A stretch of DNA of 64,000 nt, taken from assembly GCA_963748215.1 (NCBI GenBank), contig CAVVHS010000009.1, forward strand, positions 403,919 to 467,918, given 5' to 3'. The position numbers were made by a program, and so were the translations under genes. Positions 31,177 to 44,077 of the stretch are shown here, piece by piece. Positions within the stretch are counted from its first letter, which is position 1; the number at the start of each line of letters is the position of its first letter. The DNA is from an uncultured Gammaproteobacteria bacterium. GTDB lineage: Bacteria > Pseudomonadota > Gammaproteobacteria > UBA9214. The notes beneath the pieces are model-generated. The model was not told the DNA's origin, made no database searches, and saw only the letters and a program-made list of their open reading frames with translations.

Positions 31177-32118
31177 CTACGCATTATTACAGCCATGATT
31201 CCGGAGATAAGACAGGTTTGCCTCGTTGAATGGCGTCGGCATCAGGCCGAAAGTATCGAATATATCCTGGCCGTCGCAGGTATTTCCCTCCATCAGCATC
31301 GTTAGCTGGTCACGGGTAATCGGGAAAAACGCATAGCGATCGAGCACGGCGGCAATTCCCTTCAACAGCAGCACAGGCGCGGGAAGGGCCCATTTGGTGA
31401 CGCCGCCGGCCCGCGCAATGGTCTGCAGGATATCCCGCCATGGCAGGGCATCGGCTCCGCACAGGCTGAAATTGCGACCCACCGTTCCGGGCATATCCAG
31501 GGCCTTGACGAAGACCGCGGCGACATCCTTCACGTGCACGGGCGCCATACGGAACATGCCGGCGTCTGTCGGGAGCAGGCCATCGAAAAACAGGGGTGCC
31601 GGCAGGGGGGAACGCACCACGTCCCGATACAGCTGGGTAGCGAATTCCAGTCTGCCGCGCGGGTCACCGAACAGCACGGAGGGTCGAAAGACGGTCCAGT
31701 CCAGACCGGTGCTGGCCAGATACTGTTCTGCCCGGTACTTGGTGCGCTGATAAGCGGTGCCGTCGATTTTCACGCCGTTGGCGCTCATCAGGATGAAGCG
31801 GCGCACGCCAGCCTGTTCTGCTGCATCCATCGCGTGTTTTGCACCCTCGAAATGCAATGCCTCGTAGGTTACACCCCGGGCCGGCGCTTCGCGCAGTATG
31901 CCGATGTTGTAGATCACCGCATCTGTACCATCGATGGCCATTTTTACCGCTGCCGGCTCGGCAATGTCACCCTGAACCAGCGTGCAACGCGCTGGCTGAC
32001 TGACCTTGTCTTTGCTGGCGGGGCGTACCAGCACGACGGGGCGATGACCCCGATCCAGCAGCTCGTCGATGAGGTAACTGCCAACGAAGCCGGTCGCTCC
32101 GAAAACCGTGACTTTCAT
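31177..32118 (-). CDS. NAD(P)-binding atypical SDR (NDUFA9-like epimerase family)
   Basis: MKVTVFGATGFVG, YQRTKYRAE, FRPSVLFG; GGAG RBS. Confidence 0.88.
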   Translation of the reverse strand: MKVTVFGATGFVGSYLIDELLDRGHRPVVLVRPASKDKVSQPARCTLVQGDIAEPAAVKMAIDGTDAVIYNIGILREAPARGVTYEALHFEGAKHAMDAAEQAGVRRFILMSANGVKIDGTAYQRTKYRAEQYLASTGLDWTVFRPSVLFGDPRGRLEFATQLYRDVVRSPLPAPLFFDGLLPTDAGMFRMAPVHVKDVAAVFVKALDMPGTVGRNFSLCGADALPWRDILQTIARAGGVTKWALPAPVLLLKGIAAVLDRYAFFPITRDQLTMLMEGNTCDGQDIFDTFGLMPTPFNEANLSYLRNHGCNNA

Positions 32119-32582
32119 GGTGCATTCTCCTTTCTCACGCGGGGCAGGCCCTGAGTGTTGGCAGTCGCACAACTGCCTGTGTCGCAGCGATGACGGTAGC
32201 GCCAGGCCGCGAAGTGGCGGTAGGCGAACCCGAGGGGGTGGCGCAAGCCAAGTACCGACACCGAGCGTGCCAGCCAGCGGTAACCGGGCAGGTGGTTCCA
32301 GATGACCATGAAAGCATCGATACCGCGCTGCCACTGCCCGGTCCTGTCCAGCACGTGCAGTTCAGCCATGGCGGCCTCGAGTGCGAGGCCATGCGCGGCC
32401 AGTGTGCCGGCTGCGCTGGTTGCATCCACCCAGTGCAGCCGGGCCGCCTTGTCCATGCGTCGATAATGGGCAATCTCGCGACGGCATAGCGGGCAGCCGC
32501 CGTCGAAAAATACCACCGGGCGTGATCCGGCAGGAGTGGTCATCGTGTGCAAATCCGGCTCCGTAGCGGGTGTGACTGGCAT
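32115..32582 (-). CDS. DCC-family thiol-disulfide oxidoreductase (DUF393)
   Basis: VFFDGGCPLCRREI (DxxCxxC); stop overlaps the SDR start. Confidence 0.88.
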   Translation of the reverse strand: MPVTPATEPDLHTMTTPAGSRPVVFFDGGCPLCRREIAHYRRMDKAARLHWVDATSAAGTLAAHGLALEAAMAELHVLDRTGQWQRGIDAFMVIWNHLPGYRWLARSVSVLGLRHPLGFAYRHFAAWRYRHRCDTGSCATANTQGLPRVRKENAP

Positions 32583-32597
32583 TGTTCTTGTGTCCTT

Positions 32598-32654
32598 TGT
32601 ATATCTGTACAACAATTGTACGCTGACTGTACATTTTTGTACAGATAATGTATA
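32598..32654. promoter_or_regulatory. Divergent promoter with six TGTAYR repeats (CarH/LitR-like operator)
   Basis: TGTATA 32598; TGTACA 32606, TGTACG 32617, TGTACA 32628 (11-bp phase); TGTACA 32638, TGTATA 32649 (11-bp phase). Confidence 0.68.
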
Positions 32655-32717
32655 AGGTCGTTGTGGATCAGCCATGCGCGGCTATCAACACGCCAATCAA
32701 CCTCAAAGGAGACGATC

Positions 32718-33344
32718 ATGAAAATTTACCTTGGAAGCTGCCGGCGCGCCGGCATCGTACTCGCACTTACGGCAGGAATGAGTGCACCTGGCATTTTGCT
32801 TGCCGGGCCGGGCTGCATGAACGATCAGCGCATGACGAGGAATGTCTACCCGTACAGCCCGATGGCCCCGCAACCGGCCTACCGGCAGATGACGCCCTAC
32901 GCTTACCAGGCTGCCCCGGCAGGCAACAGCATGAGGATGGCGGCTCCCTACTACCGACCGATGGCAGTTCAGCAGGCCGGTCCCCGCACCGGTAACCCCG
33001 CCACCCCGGCTCCCGCTATGACAGCTGCCGTCCAAACCACCCGGGTTGCTCTCGGCAACGACAGCGAAGCTGCCGGTGAAACCGTCACCGTGCGTATCAA
33101 TGGTATGCGTTTCGAACCGGCAAACATCACGGTCAAGCCCGGCACCAGGGTGACCTGGGTACAGGCCGATGGTATGCCACATATCATCAGCGGCAAGGCC
33201 ACCGGTATGCGTTCGAATACCCTCTACACCGGTCAGGACTACAGTTACATCTTTCAGAAACCCGGTGAGTACGCGTATGTCTGCGACCTGCATCCCTCCA
33301 TGAAGGGCAGTGTTGTCGTGGAGGAAGACGGGACCGGAACCTGA
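32718..33344 (+). CDS. Exported type-1 copper (amicyanin/plastocyanin-like) protein with Met/Pro/Tyr-rich N-terminal extension
   Basis: MRFEPANITVKPGTRVTW, MPH, YVCDLHPSMKGSV ligand loop; AAGGAG RBS. Confidence 0.88.
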   Translation: MKIYLGSCRRAGIVLALTAGMSAPGILLAGPGCMNDQRMTRNVYPYSPMAPQPAYRQMTPYAYQAAPAGNSMRMAAPYYRPMAVQQAGPRTGNPATPAPAMTAAVQTTRVALGNDSEAAGETVTVRINGMRFEPANITVKPGTRVTWVQADGMPHIISGKATGMRSNTLYTGQDYSYIFQKPGEYAYVCDLHPSMKGSVVVEEDGTGT

Positions 33345-33364
33345 GTGGCTGGACGGAGAGGTAT

Positions 33365-33775
33365 GAAACGTGAAACGTGAGAGGTGAGACGATATATGGC
33401 CACGGAATACACGGAAGAACACGGAAATCTGGATTAATGCGGTTTGACATGTAGGGTGCGTTTTACTGCTAAACGTAAAGACGTGAGACGTGAAAAACAT
33501 AATGGCCACGGAATACACGGAAGAACACGGAAATAAATACATGACGGGATGTAGGGTGCGTTTTACGCACCGACAACGGTGCACGAAGCGCACCCTACTC
33601 CACGGAATGTAGGGTGCGTTTTACACACCGACAACGGTGCACGAAGTGCACCCTACTATTGGGGTAGGCGCATCTCATGCGCGATCTTTATGGGTCGTAC
33701 AGGGATCTGCAACATAAGGATCGCGGACATCGTCCGCTCCTGCAATGCACCATTCCCGGTGCGTAAAACGCACCA
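33365..33775. repeat. Mosaic repeat region: 7-mer acgtgag/acgtgaa runs, cacggaa repeats and GTAG REP doublets
   Basis: atggccacggaatacacggaagaacacggaaat at 33396 and 33502; gtagggtgcgttttac..caccctac at 33551 and 33609. Confidence 0.8.
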
Positions 33776-33797
33776 ACTTTTCCCGTCAATGTGCGGC

Positions 33798-35469
<1,672 letters not shown>

Positions 35470-35540
35470 TCAACCATACCCGGGCGGAAAACGGGGCTGG
35501 AAATTTTCGCGCCATACCGGCCGACCGGATCGGCAGGTAC

Positions 35541-35554
35541 TTGATAAAGCTCAA
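35541..35554. promoter_or_regulatory. FNR-like box
   Basis: TTGAT-AAAG-CTCAA (one mismatch) between divergent pgm and OsmC-like genes. Confidence 0.35.
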
Positions 35555-35672
35555 TGTCCTGAACCCGCGGCCCCGGGTAGGCTGGGAAGCCCTTGATCAA
35601 GCCGGGTATGCAGGCGTCGCCATGTCGCCAAATCGGGGTGTTACCGGCTGTTGACGCCAATATCCGGAGGGC

Positions 35673-36098
35673 ATGATCTTGAGTGAACGCAATTTCAGCA
35701 TGCGCATGCAATGCAGCTACGAGGGGGATACCAACGCCATTGCCGACCTCGTCGTCGAGCATGAGGTGGAGGGCCAGTGGCAGCCGCTGGAGCTCGGCCT
35801 GACGGCACCGGGATTCGATATTTTCGTTTACGCGGTATTCACCTGCCAGCATATGTATTTCCGGGTCAACTGCGCGGAACGCGGGCTGCTGCTGAACAGC
35901 GCCGGGGGCAGCATCGTCATCGGCGCCGGCGCGGACTGGAACATGGAAACCCTGCGAGTGCATTTTTCCGGCCACGTTCGCAGCGGGCAGGCAAGCCAGG
36001 AGGATATCGACTTTATCGTGGCGCGCATGAAACAGTGCCCGGTGTCCCGCAATCTGGTCGAGGTCCCCGATGCCAGGTCAGGCGTCAGCCTGGACTGA
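35673..36098 (+). CDS. OsmC-like protein
   Basis: Two spaced Cys (FTCQH and KQCPVSRNL), typical size; GGAGG RBS. Confidence 0.65.
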   Translation: MILSERNFSMRMQCSYEGDTNAIADLVVEHEVEGQWQPLELGLTAPGFDIFVYAVFTCQHMYFRVNCAERGLLLNSAGGSIVIGAGADWNMETLRVHFSGHVRSGQASQEDIDFIVARMKQCPVSRNLVEVPDARSGVSLD

Positions 36099-36157
36099 AA
36101 GCAACAGGTAGGCGCAATGCCCGGTTAGCGCCGTCCCTGTTCAGCAGGGCGCCGGCA

Positions 36158-37036
36158 TCAGGCCGGGTCCTGGTGAATGATCACGTCCGCCAGCGGGAAG
36201 GCCTCGCGGATCGCGAGTTCGACGCGGTCGGTGGCGGCATGGGCCTCGCCCAGCGTGAGGTCCGCATCGAGTTCGAGATGTAACTGGATGATCTCCATCG
36301 CTCCCGACTGACGGGTGCGCAGGTCGTGCAGGCCGCGCACCAGCGGCTCGGCGCGGGCGAGCTGTTTCACGCGTTCGCGGACCTCGTCGGGCAGTTCGCG
36401 GTCGATGAGATGGTGAAACGCATCGTGCCCGATGTGCCAGGCGCCGTAACAGATATAGATCGCCACCAGGATGCCGAACAGTGGATCGAGCACCGACCAC
36501 CCGTACTGCGTCAGTGCCAGCGCGGCGATGGTCCCCAGGTTGGTCAGCAGGTCGGTCGTATAGTGCAGGGAATCGGCGCGCACGATGGTCGAGCGCGTGC
36601 GACGGATCACGTGGTGCTGGATAAGCAGCAGCGCCGCGGTGGCCGTAACGGCAAAGCCCATCACGACGATGCCGACCATCACGTCCTCGACCGGGCGCGG
36701 ATGCATCAGGCGGTCCACGGCATGCAGTACGAGGAAGACCGCGGAACCGGCGATGAACGCGGCCTGGGCCAGCGCGGCCAGCGGCTCGACCTTGCCGTGG
36801 CCGAAGCGGTGTTCCTCGTCCGGTGGCTGCAGCGAAACCCGCACTGCCACCAGGTTGATGATCGAGGCTGCCGCGTCCATGAGCGAGTCGACGAGCGAGG
36901 CCAGCACGCTGATCGAGCCCGTCAACAGCCAGGCAGCCGTCTTGCCCACGATCAGCAGCAGCGCGGTGAGGACAGAGGCCGTGGTGGCAAGCTTCAGCAG
37001 CCGTGCGGTATCGGCGGGGGTGGTGTGTTCGGTCAT
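36158..37036 (-). CDS. fieF: Cation diffusion facilitator (FieF/YiiP)
   Basis: LASLVDSLMD, PDEEHRFGHGKVE, ADSLHYTTD, HDLRTRQSG, IIHQDP. Confidence 0.92.
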   Translation of the reverse strand: MTEHTTPADTARLLKLATTASVLTALLLIVGKTAAWLLTGSISVLASLVDSLMDAAASIINLVAVRVSLQPPDEEHRFGHGKVEPLAALAQAAFIAGSAVFLVLHAVDRLMHPRPVEDVMVGIVVMGFAVTATAALLLIQHHVIRRTRSTIVRADSLHYTTDLLTNLGTIAALALTQYGWSVLDPLFGILVAIYICYGAWHIGHDAFHHLIDRELPDEVRERVKQLARAEPLVRGLHDLRTRQSGAMEIIQLHLELDADLTLGEAHAATDRVELAIREAFPLADVIIHQDPA

Positions 37037-37102
37037 GGTGAGATGCGCGGCTCTTTCATCAGGTGATTGTCACCGGCTCGGGCGAGTCAGCGTCCTGTTT
37101 TC

Positions 37103-38602
<1,500 letters not shown>

Positions 38603-38894
38603 GTCAAATCATCCGTTGATGGGTTTTGCGCAGGATGCCGCTTGGGCTGCCCGATTGTAGCCGTCACGGCGGCGGCCAGCCAGCCCGACCGGATGCACCG
38701 GCCACGGGCACGATCGATTAATATTTATCTGATAAATGCCGGCTTTTGCCCCTGTTTTTGCCGGCAATCCGGCCGAGTGCCTGCCTGCCTGATTGCGCCC
38801 GGCGAAACGGGCGCGTTATGCTACCTGTGCCCGTCACATCGAAACGGCTGCAGGCGTGCGTTGCGCCTGCTAATGACAACTCAAGGTGAATCCT

Positions 38895-39653
38895 ATGAAG
38901 CGTACAACACTGGCAATCGCCATCCTGTTTTCCCTGGCCGGCCCGGCTTCGGTCCTGGCCGAAGTGCCGGCAGTAACCGTAAAACCGCTGGCAGTGGAAG
39001 TGATACCCCTCGACGTTGAAGCGGCCACGCAGCAGGCACTGGAGGCCTTGCCGGCAACAGCCGCCGGCGCCGAAGCGGTGCAGCAGCCATCGGTCGAGGC
39101 AACGCCGGCAGCCGCCGCAGCGATCGACACCGCAACGGCCGCAGAGCCGGCGGTAGCGGAAACACCGGCACCGGCAGTCGCCGCGCCTGCTGCAGCGGCA
39201 GCAGAACAGGCCGCAGCGGAAATGAAGGCCGCGCCGGCAGCCGCCGCAGCGATCGACACCGCAACGGCCGCAGAGCCGGCGGTAACGGAAACACCGGCAC
39301 CGGCCGCCGCGGCTGCTGCAACGGCAGCAGAACAGGCCGCTGCGGAAATGGAGGATGCAGCCCCGGCCGCCGGCGCCGCAATGGTCGAAGCGCCAGCGGC
39401 AGCGCCTGTGGAATCGGCTGCCACCGACACTGCCACAGACACCGGATCATCCGCCGCCGGCATGCCCGGCAAGCGACCCTGCTGGAAAGGCGGCATGGGC
39501 ATGATGGGCAAGGGCGGCATGAAGCCGGGCCACGATCACCCTGGCAAGGGCATGCCGGCCCGGCATGCAGAGGTGGTGGAGCGCCTGGACATGATCGAGG
39601 CGCGCATGGCCAAGATCGAGATCATGCTCGAGACCCTGATGAAGCGCGAGTAG
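38895..39653 (+). CDS. Exported Ala/Pro/Glu-rich protein with an internal 43-aa repeat and Met/Gly/His-rich coiled-coil C-terminus
   Basis: Signal peptide MKRTTLAIAILF; 129-bp period repeat (PAAAAAIDTATAAEPAV twice). Confidence 0.75.
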   Translation: MKRTTLAIAILFSLAGPASVLAEVPAVTVKPLAVEVIPLDVEAATQQALEALPATAAGAEAVQQPSVEATPAAAAAIDTATAAEPAVAETPAPAVAAPAAAAAEQAAAEMKAAPAAAAAIDTATAAEPAVTETPAPAAAAAATAAEQAAAEMEDAAPAAGAAMVEAPAAAPVESAATDTATDTGSSAAGMPGKRPCWKGGMGMMGKGGMKPGHDHPGKGMPARHAEVVERLDMIEARMAKIEIMLETLMKRE

Positions 39654-39993
39654 GCCCGGCTTCGATACACCGTCCGCCGACCTTGCCGGCAACACGGCAG
39701 CAGGGTAGCCCCCGGTCTCTCTGCAGGGTCGGGAGAACCCGGGGTCATGCCCGTTTTTCCAGGTCGAGGCTCTGCAGTGCTGGTCGCACCGTGCCCCAAC
39801 ACAACTGCAGAGCATCGTGCCAGGACAGGACATCACCAGCCGGCGGTTGATTGCGATCATGGGTTCATCTTGTCAGAACAGGCCGCTGCTGTGCTGCAGG
39901 GATACGGGCCCAATGATATTGAGGCGCAGCGCAAACCATCGTGTGGCTTAACCGCCGGCCCGGGTGAGCCGAACGATCGGCTGCGTTCCTCAA

Positions 39994-41172
39994 TCAGGCA
40001 TTTGCAGCGCCGGGCGTTGCGCCCGGCGCTGCTCCCGTATCGACCACCACCCTGTCGCGTCCTGACTGCTTGGCCTGGTACAGCGCGCGGTCGGCCCGGC
40101 ACAGCAGGGTCTCCACGGTGTCCTGCCGGGTACAAACCGCGATTCCGATCGAGCAGGTGAGGCGGATGCTGACATCCCGGTAGTCGATGCTCAGGTCACG
40201 AACCGCCGCCAGGATGCGTTCACCCAGTGCTGCCAGATCGCCGGGTTCCACGTCCACCAGGATCACGGCGAATTCCTCGCCACCGTAGCGGGCAATGAAA
40301 TCCGAACGCCGCGGAAACACGCGCACGATGGCGTTGGCCACGGCCTGCAACACCTGGTCGCCGGCGGGGTGCCCGTGGCTGTCGTTGATGTGCTTGAAAT
40401 GATCCAGGTCGAGCATCAGCAGGGCCATGGTCTGGCCGGACAGGAACGAGAAATCGATCTGCCGGGCAATCACCTCGTCGAAGGCGCCACGATTGTGCAC
40501 GCGTGTCAGGGCATCGAGGCTCGCTTTCTCGCGCACACTCACCAGGTCGGCACGCAGGCTGCGCACGCGCTCGCCCATGGACTGCAGCTGTGCCTCGTAG
40601 CGGGCATGGCGTTCCTGTATCACACGGGACACGATATCGACGGTTTTCGCCAGCTGGGTCCGTATTTCGCCCAGGGAGTTGCCTTCGACCGCGGTGCTCA
40701 GCGCGGCGAGTTCGCAGGTGACCAGGTCATCCTTTGCGCTGTCCTCGCTGATGGCGTTGCGCAGGCCATTGGTCAGATCGCCGATCAGGCCACGCATGCC
40801 CTCGGCGCTGCTCTGCACGGCGGACTGTTCGTCGCGCCGGTGAGCGCGGAAGAAGTGCAGCAGGTCAGCCCAGCGCCGCTGGTCCATGCTGACCGGTTCC
40901 GGTTTGTCTTCCTCCTGTTCTGGCCAGTCCACGCCCAGCGGCGCGGGTGTGCCGGTCAGAATGTGCAGCGCCCATGCCTCGCAACGGCGCTCCAGCTCGG
41001 CGGCCGGCATGGCCTCGATATCGAAGCCGCGCGCGCCGTAGGTGCGCAGCACACCCGCGAGGGTATCCAGCACCTGGTCCGCCACGGCCTCTGCGGCGGC
41101 CTGGCGGTCCGCCTCCGCGTCCGGTGGCGGGTTGGCGTCTGCGCCATGCTTACCCCTGGAAAACAAGCTCAT
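39994..41172 (-). CDS. Diguanylate cyclase (GGDEF) with N-terminal helical region
   Basis: DALTRVHNR, DLDHFKHINDSHGH, RRSD I-site, GGEEF, ALYQAKQSGR. Confidence 0.95.
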   Translation of the reverse strand: MSLFSRGKHGADANPPPDAEADRQAAAEAVADQVLDTLAGVLRTYGARGFDIEAMPAAELERRCEAWALHILTGTPAPLGVDWPEQEEDKPEPVSMDQRRWADLLHFFRAHRRDEQSAVQSSAEGMRGLIGDLTNGLRNAISEDSAKDDLVTCELAALSTAVEGNSLGEIRTQLAKTVDIVSRVIQERHARYEAQLQSMGERVRSLRADLVSVREKASLDALTRVHNRGAFDEVIARQIDFSFLSGQTMALLMLDLDHFKHINDSHGHPAGDQVLQAVANAIVRVFPRRSDFIARYGGEEFAVILVDVEPGDLAALGERILAAVRDLSIDYRDVSIRLTCSIGIAVCTRQDTVETLLCRADRALYQAKQSGRDRVVVDTGAAPGATPGAANA

Positions 41173-41256
41173 CTGTCACCTCGGTTGTGAAACCCATGGC
41201 CGGGCCGGTTTGATCCGGCTGTTTGGCACTGCCGCATTGCTGCCTGACGTCGCTGA

Positions 41257-41859
41257 TCAAAGCCACCCGTCCCCGTTCTCCTTCGCGACCTGCTCGCCGG
41301 GCAGCACGCGACCCGCACCGACCGGCTTTCCGGGCAGTTTGCCGGCTTTGTTCGAGCGGCCCAATGCCGGGTACTGGCGCGCCCGGATGCCATAGCCGAG
41401 CAGGGCACCCCCGGTCGCGGACACGGCCAGCAGGCCGAGCGTCATGAACTGGGTGAACAGCAGCAACACGCCCAGGCCGGCGATGCCCGTCAGTGCCGCG
41501 CCCAGTTTCAGCGTCGAGCGACTCTGCACACGCCGGGTCTCTCGCAGCAACTGCTGGTGACTGTTGCGGATTTCCTTCGTTTTCTCCTTTTCGGCCTGGC
41601 GCACGAGGCGGTCACGCTGGCGCTGGTATTTCTCGCTGGCCTTGATAAAGGAATGCTGGCTGGCATGGCCGGTGATCGAGGTAAACCAGAATGCGGCTAT
41701 CACACCGATCAGCAGGCCAAGCGCGCCGAACAGCCAGCCGCTCTTGTTGAGGTCGGCGTCCTGTGCGGTTATGAGCAGCAGGGCTGTCGCGCCCTGCAGC
41801 AGGAAGATCCCGATCAGGAACTTGAGAAACGCCGAAAGACTGAAGGGGGTCATCGCCAT
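41257..41859 (-). CDS. Membrane protein, hypothetical (2+2 TM around a coiled coil)
   Basis: Hydrophobic pairs flanking a charged helix; co-oriented with the GGDEF gene. Confidence 0.7.
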   Translation of the reverse strand: MAMTPFSLSAFLKFLIGIFLLQGATALLLITAQDADLNKSGWLFGALGLLIGVIAAFWFTSITGHASQHSFIKASEKYQRQRDRLVRQAEKEKTKEIRNSHQQLLRETRRVQSRSTLKLGAALTGIAGLGVLLLFTQFMTLGLLAVSATGGALLGYGIRARQYPALGRSNKAGKLPGKPVGAGRVLPGEQVAKENGDGWL

Positions 41860-41971
41860 GCCTCGTCTGTGTCAATGCAGCTATTCTGCCACAATGGCCG
41901 GAGCGGTATGGCATGCCGCCGCCTGCTGCCTGTCCCGGGTTGTCCAATACGCCGGACAGGTATCATAAATG

Positions 41972-42119
41972 GCCACGGAAGCACACGGAACTACACGGAA
42001 TGAACACGTCTGTAATCAACTAACTGAACGGGGTAACGACGAGCATGGCGAGTGTGTCTGTGGTCCGGCAGCGCCCGATACAATCAATTTTTCCGTATTA
42101 TTCCGTGTGCTTCCGTGGC
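41972..42119. repeat. About 150-bp element bounded by inverted triplets of a 10-bp cacggaa repeat
   Basis: gccacggaagcacacggaactacacggaa ... ttccgtattattccgtgtgcttccgtggc. Confidence 0.75.
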
Positions 42120-42329
42120 TATTACCATTCTTTGCAATTTCCGGCGCTGACGCCGTCCCCTGGATAAATACGTCTTTGCATGGCTGGCGTGAATATCAAT
42201 CAGTTGATCCGGTAGGGGCATCAGCAGATACGTCCTTGCTGGATGGTCTGTCGTGGCAGGGGCGAAAGCGGGCGCGGGCGGCGGCAACTCATGTATATTT
42301 GGACACTGACTACACAACCTGCAGTGACC

Positions 42330-43952
42330 ATGTCCCGTAACCCCACCTTCAGACTGTTGCTCGCGGCCGGCGTTTTCGTCGGGATACTGGTGCTGCTGGC
42401 GATCCTGCTCAGCGCGGCGCAGTTCGCCCTGTCGCTGTGGCATGAGCTGCAGGCCGCGCCGGCCTGGGTGGTGGTGCTGGTGGCCGGTCTTGCCAGCGTG
42501 CTGCTCGGCTTCGGCCTCTGGCTGGTCTGGCGTATTGCACGCCCGGCCCGGGGCCGGGGCGGGAAGGCGGCCCCGCCACTGACGGAGGCCGAACTGCAGG
42601 CGCACCTGGAGGCCGCTCGTGCCGCGGGCATCGACGTCGAATCCGCCCGCCGCGAGCTGGAGGAGCTGGCACGGCGCCGCGAGCTGGAGGTCGTCCACCT
42701 TGCGCTGTTCGGCGAGATCAGCAGCGGCAAGAGTTCGCTGATCAATGCGTTGCTGCCGGGTGCGAGCGTGGCGACCGACGTGATCGGCGGTACCACGACC
42801 ACCGTCCAGCACTATCGCTGGCAGCGTGAATCCGGCGACGAGGTAATGCTGATCGATGTGCCGGGCCTCAATCAGATGGACGGCGAGTACGACCCGCTGG
42901 TCATGGACGAGGCGCAACGTGCGCATGCCGTGATCTTCGTCTGCGACGGCGACCTGACCCGCGGCGAATTCATGGCCCTGCAGCCGCTGCTGGCGCTGAA
43001 CAAGCCGCTGATCGTGGCCTTCAACAAGCTGGACCGCTATTCACGGGAGGACCGGAAACTGATTCGGCAGCATCTGGCCGCGCGTTTCGCCGGCAACCCG
43101 GAGGTGAGCATTGTCGGTATCGCCACCCACCCGACGCGCAAGGTCGTCAGGGTCGGTGCGGACGGCAGCGAGCATGAGGAGGAGCAGGTCCTGCCACCGC
43201 AGATCGACGAGTTGCGCGCGGCCGTGCAGTCCGCGCTGGATCGCAACATGCTGCTGCTGGAGCGCCTGCGCGATACCGCCGTGTTCGAACTGACCGCGCG
43301 CAAGCTGGACCAGGCGAAGGCGGAATACCGGGTCAGGGAGTCCTCTTCCCTGGTGAAGACCTATACCCGGCGCGCCGTGGCCGGCGGCATGGCGGCGATC
43401 AGCCCCGGCACCGACATCCTGATCCAGGGCTACCTGGGCACGCGCATGGTCAAGGCACTGTGTGAGCTGTACGAGGTACCGGTGCGCGAGATCGAGCTGA
43501 ACAAGCTGCTGGACCTGTCGCAGAAACAGGTGCGCACGGCCCTGCCGCTGCTGCTGGCCGTGGCCGGCAATGCGGCGAAGGCGTTCCCGGGCGTGGGTAC
43601 GCTGGCCGGCGGCCTGATGCATGCCGTCGCCTACGGGCTGATCTTCGACGCGCTGGGCCATGCCGTGATCCGCACACTGGAGACGCGCGGCGAGCTGCGG
43701 CCCGCCCCGACCAGCCTGACCTTCCGCGACAACCTCGTCACCGACGTGGAAACCCGCACGCGCAAGCTGCTGCGGCTGGCACTCGACGTGCGCAAGGAAC
43801 AGGGCGAGAACCCGGGCGGCCGACGGGTAGGGTCTGTGCGTAACAAGCTCTCGCGCAGAGACGCAGAGATCGCAAAGAGCAGGATGAATGGTGGCATGCT
43901 CGGGATACTATCTGGGAACGGGCAAGTTTCCGGATTTCCTTGGTTTTCCTGA
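42330..43952 (+). CDS. Membrane-anchored Era/HSR1-like GTPase with DUF697-like C-terminal domain
   Basis: Two N-terminal TMs, GEISSGKSS, DVPG, NKLD; C-terminus runs into a repeat element. Confidence 0.85.
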   Translation: MSRNPTFRLLLAAGVFVGILVLLAILLSAAQFALSLWHELQAAPAWVVVLVAGLASVLLGFGLWLVWRIARPARGRGGKAAPPLTEAELQAHLEAARAAGIDVESARRELEELARRRELEVVHLALFGEISSGKSSLINALLPGASVATDVIGGTTTTVQHYRWQRESGDEVMLIDVPGLNQMDGEYDPLVMDEAQRAHAVIFVCDGDLTRGEFMALQPLLALNKPLIVAFNKLDRYSREDRKLIRQHLAARFAGNPEVSIVGIATHPTRKVVRVGADGSEHEEEQVLPPQIDELRAAVQSALDRNMLLLERLRDTAVFELTARKLDQAKAEYRVRESSSLVKTYTRRAVAGGMAAISPGTDILIQGYLGTRMVKALCELYEVPVREIELNKLLDLSQKQVRTALPLLLAVAGNAAKAFPGVGTLAGGLMHAVAYGLIFDALGHAVIRTLETRGELRPAPTSLTFRDNLVTDVETRTRKLLRLALDVRKEQGENPGGRRVGSVRNKLSRRDAEIAKSRMNGGMLGILSGNGQVSGFPWFS

Positions 43953-44046
43953 ACAGGCTACATACTCAACGATATGCAACATACCCGCGTACTCCCTGTT
44001 CTCTCTGGCAGGATTTGTCCTGCGCACTCTGCGTCTCTGCGCGAGA
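43849..44046. repeat. About 200-bp element with perfect 20-bp terminal inverted repeats
   Basis: tctcgcgcagagacgcagag (43849) / ctctgcgtctctgcgcgaga (44027). Confidence 0.8.
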
Positions 44047-44077
44047 TATTGATATTTCGAATAGCGGTAATGACGAC

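Noticed and set aside
33396-33660. Possible CRISPR array
   Set aside because: The units are REP-like palindromes with irregular spacing and repeated rather than unique intervening sequence.
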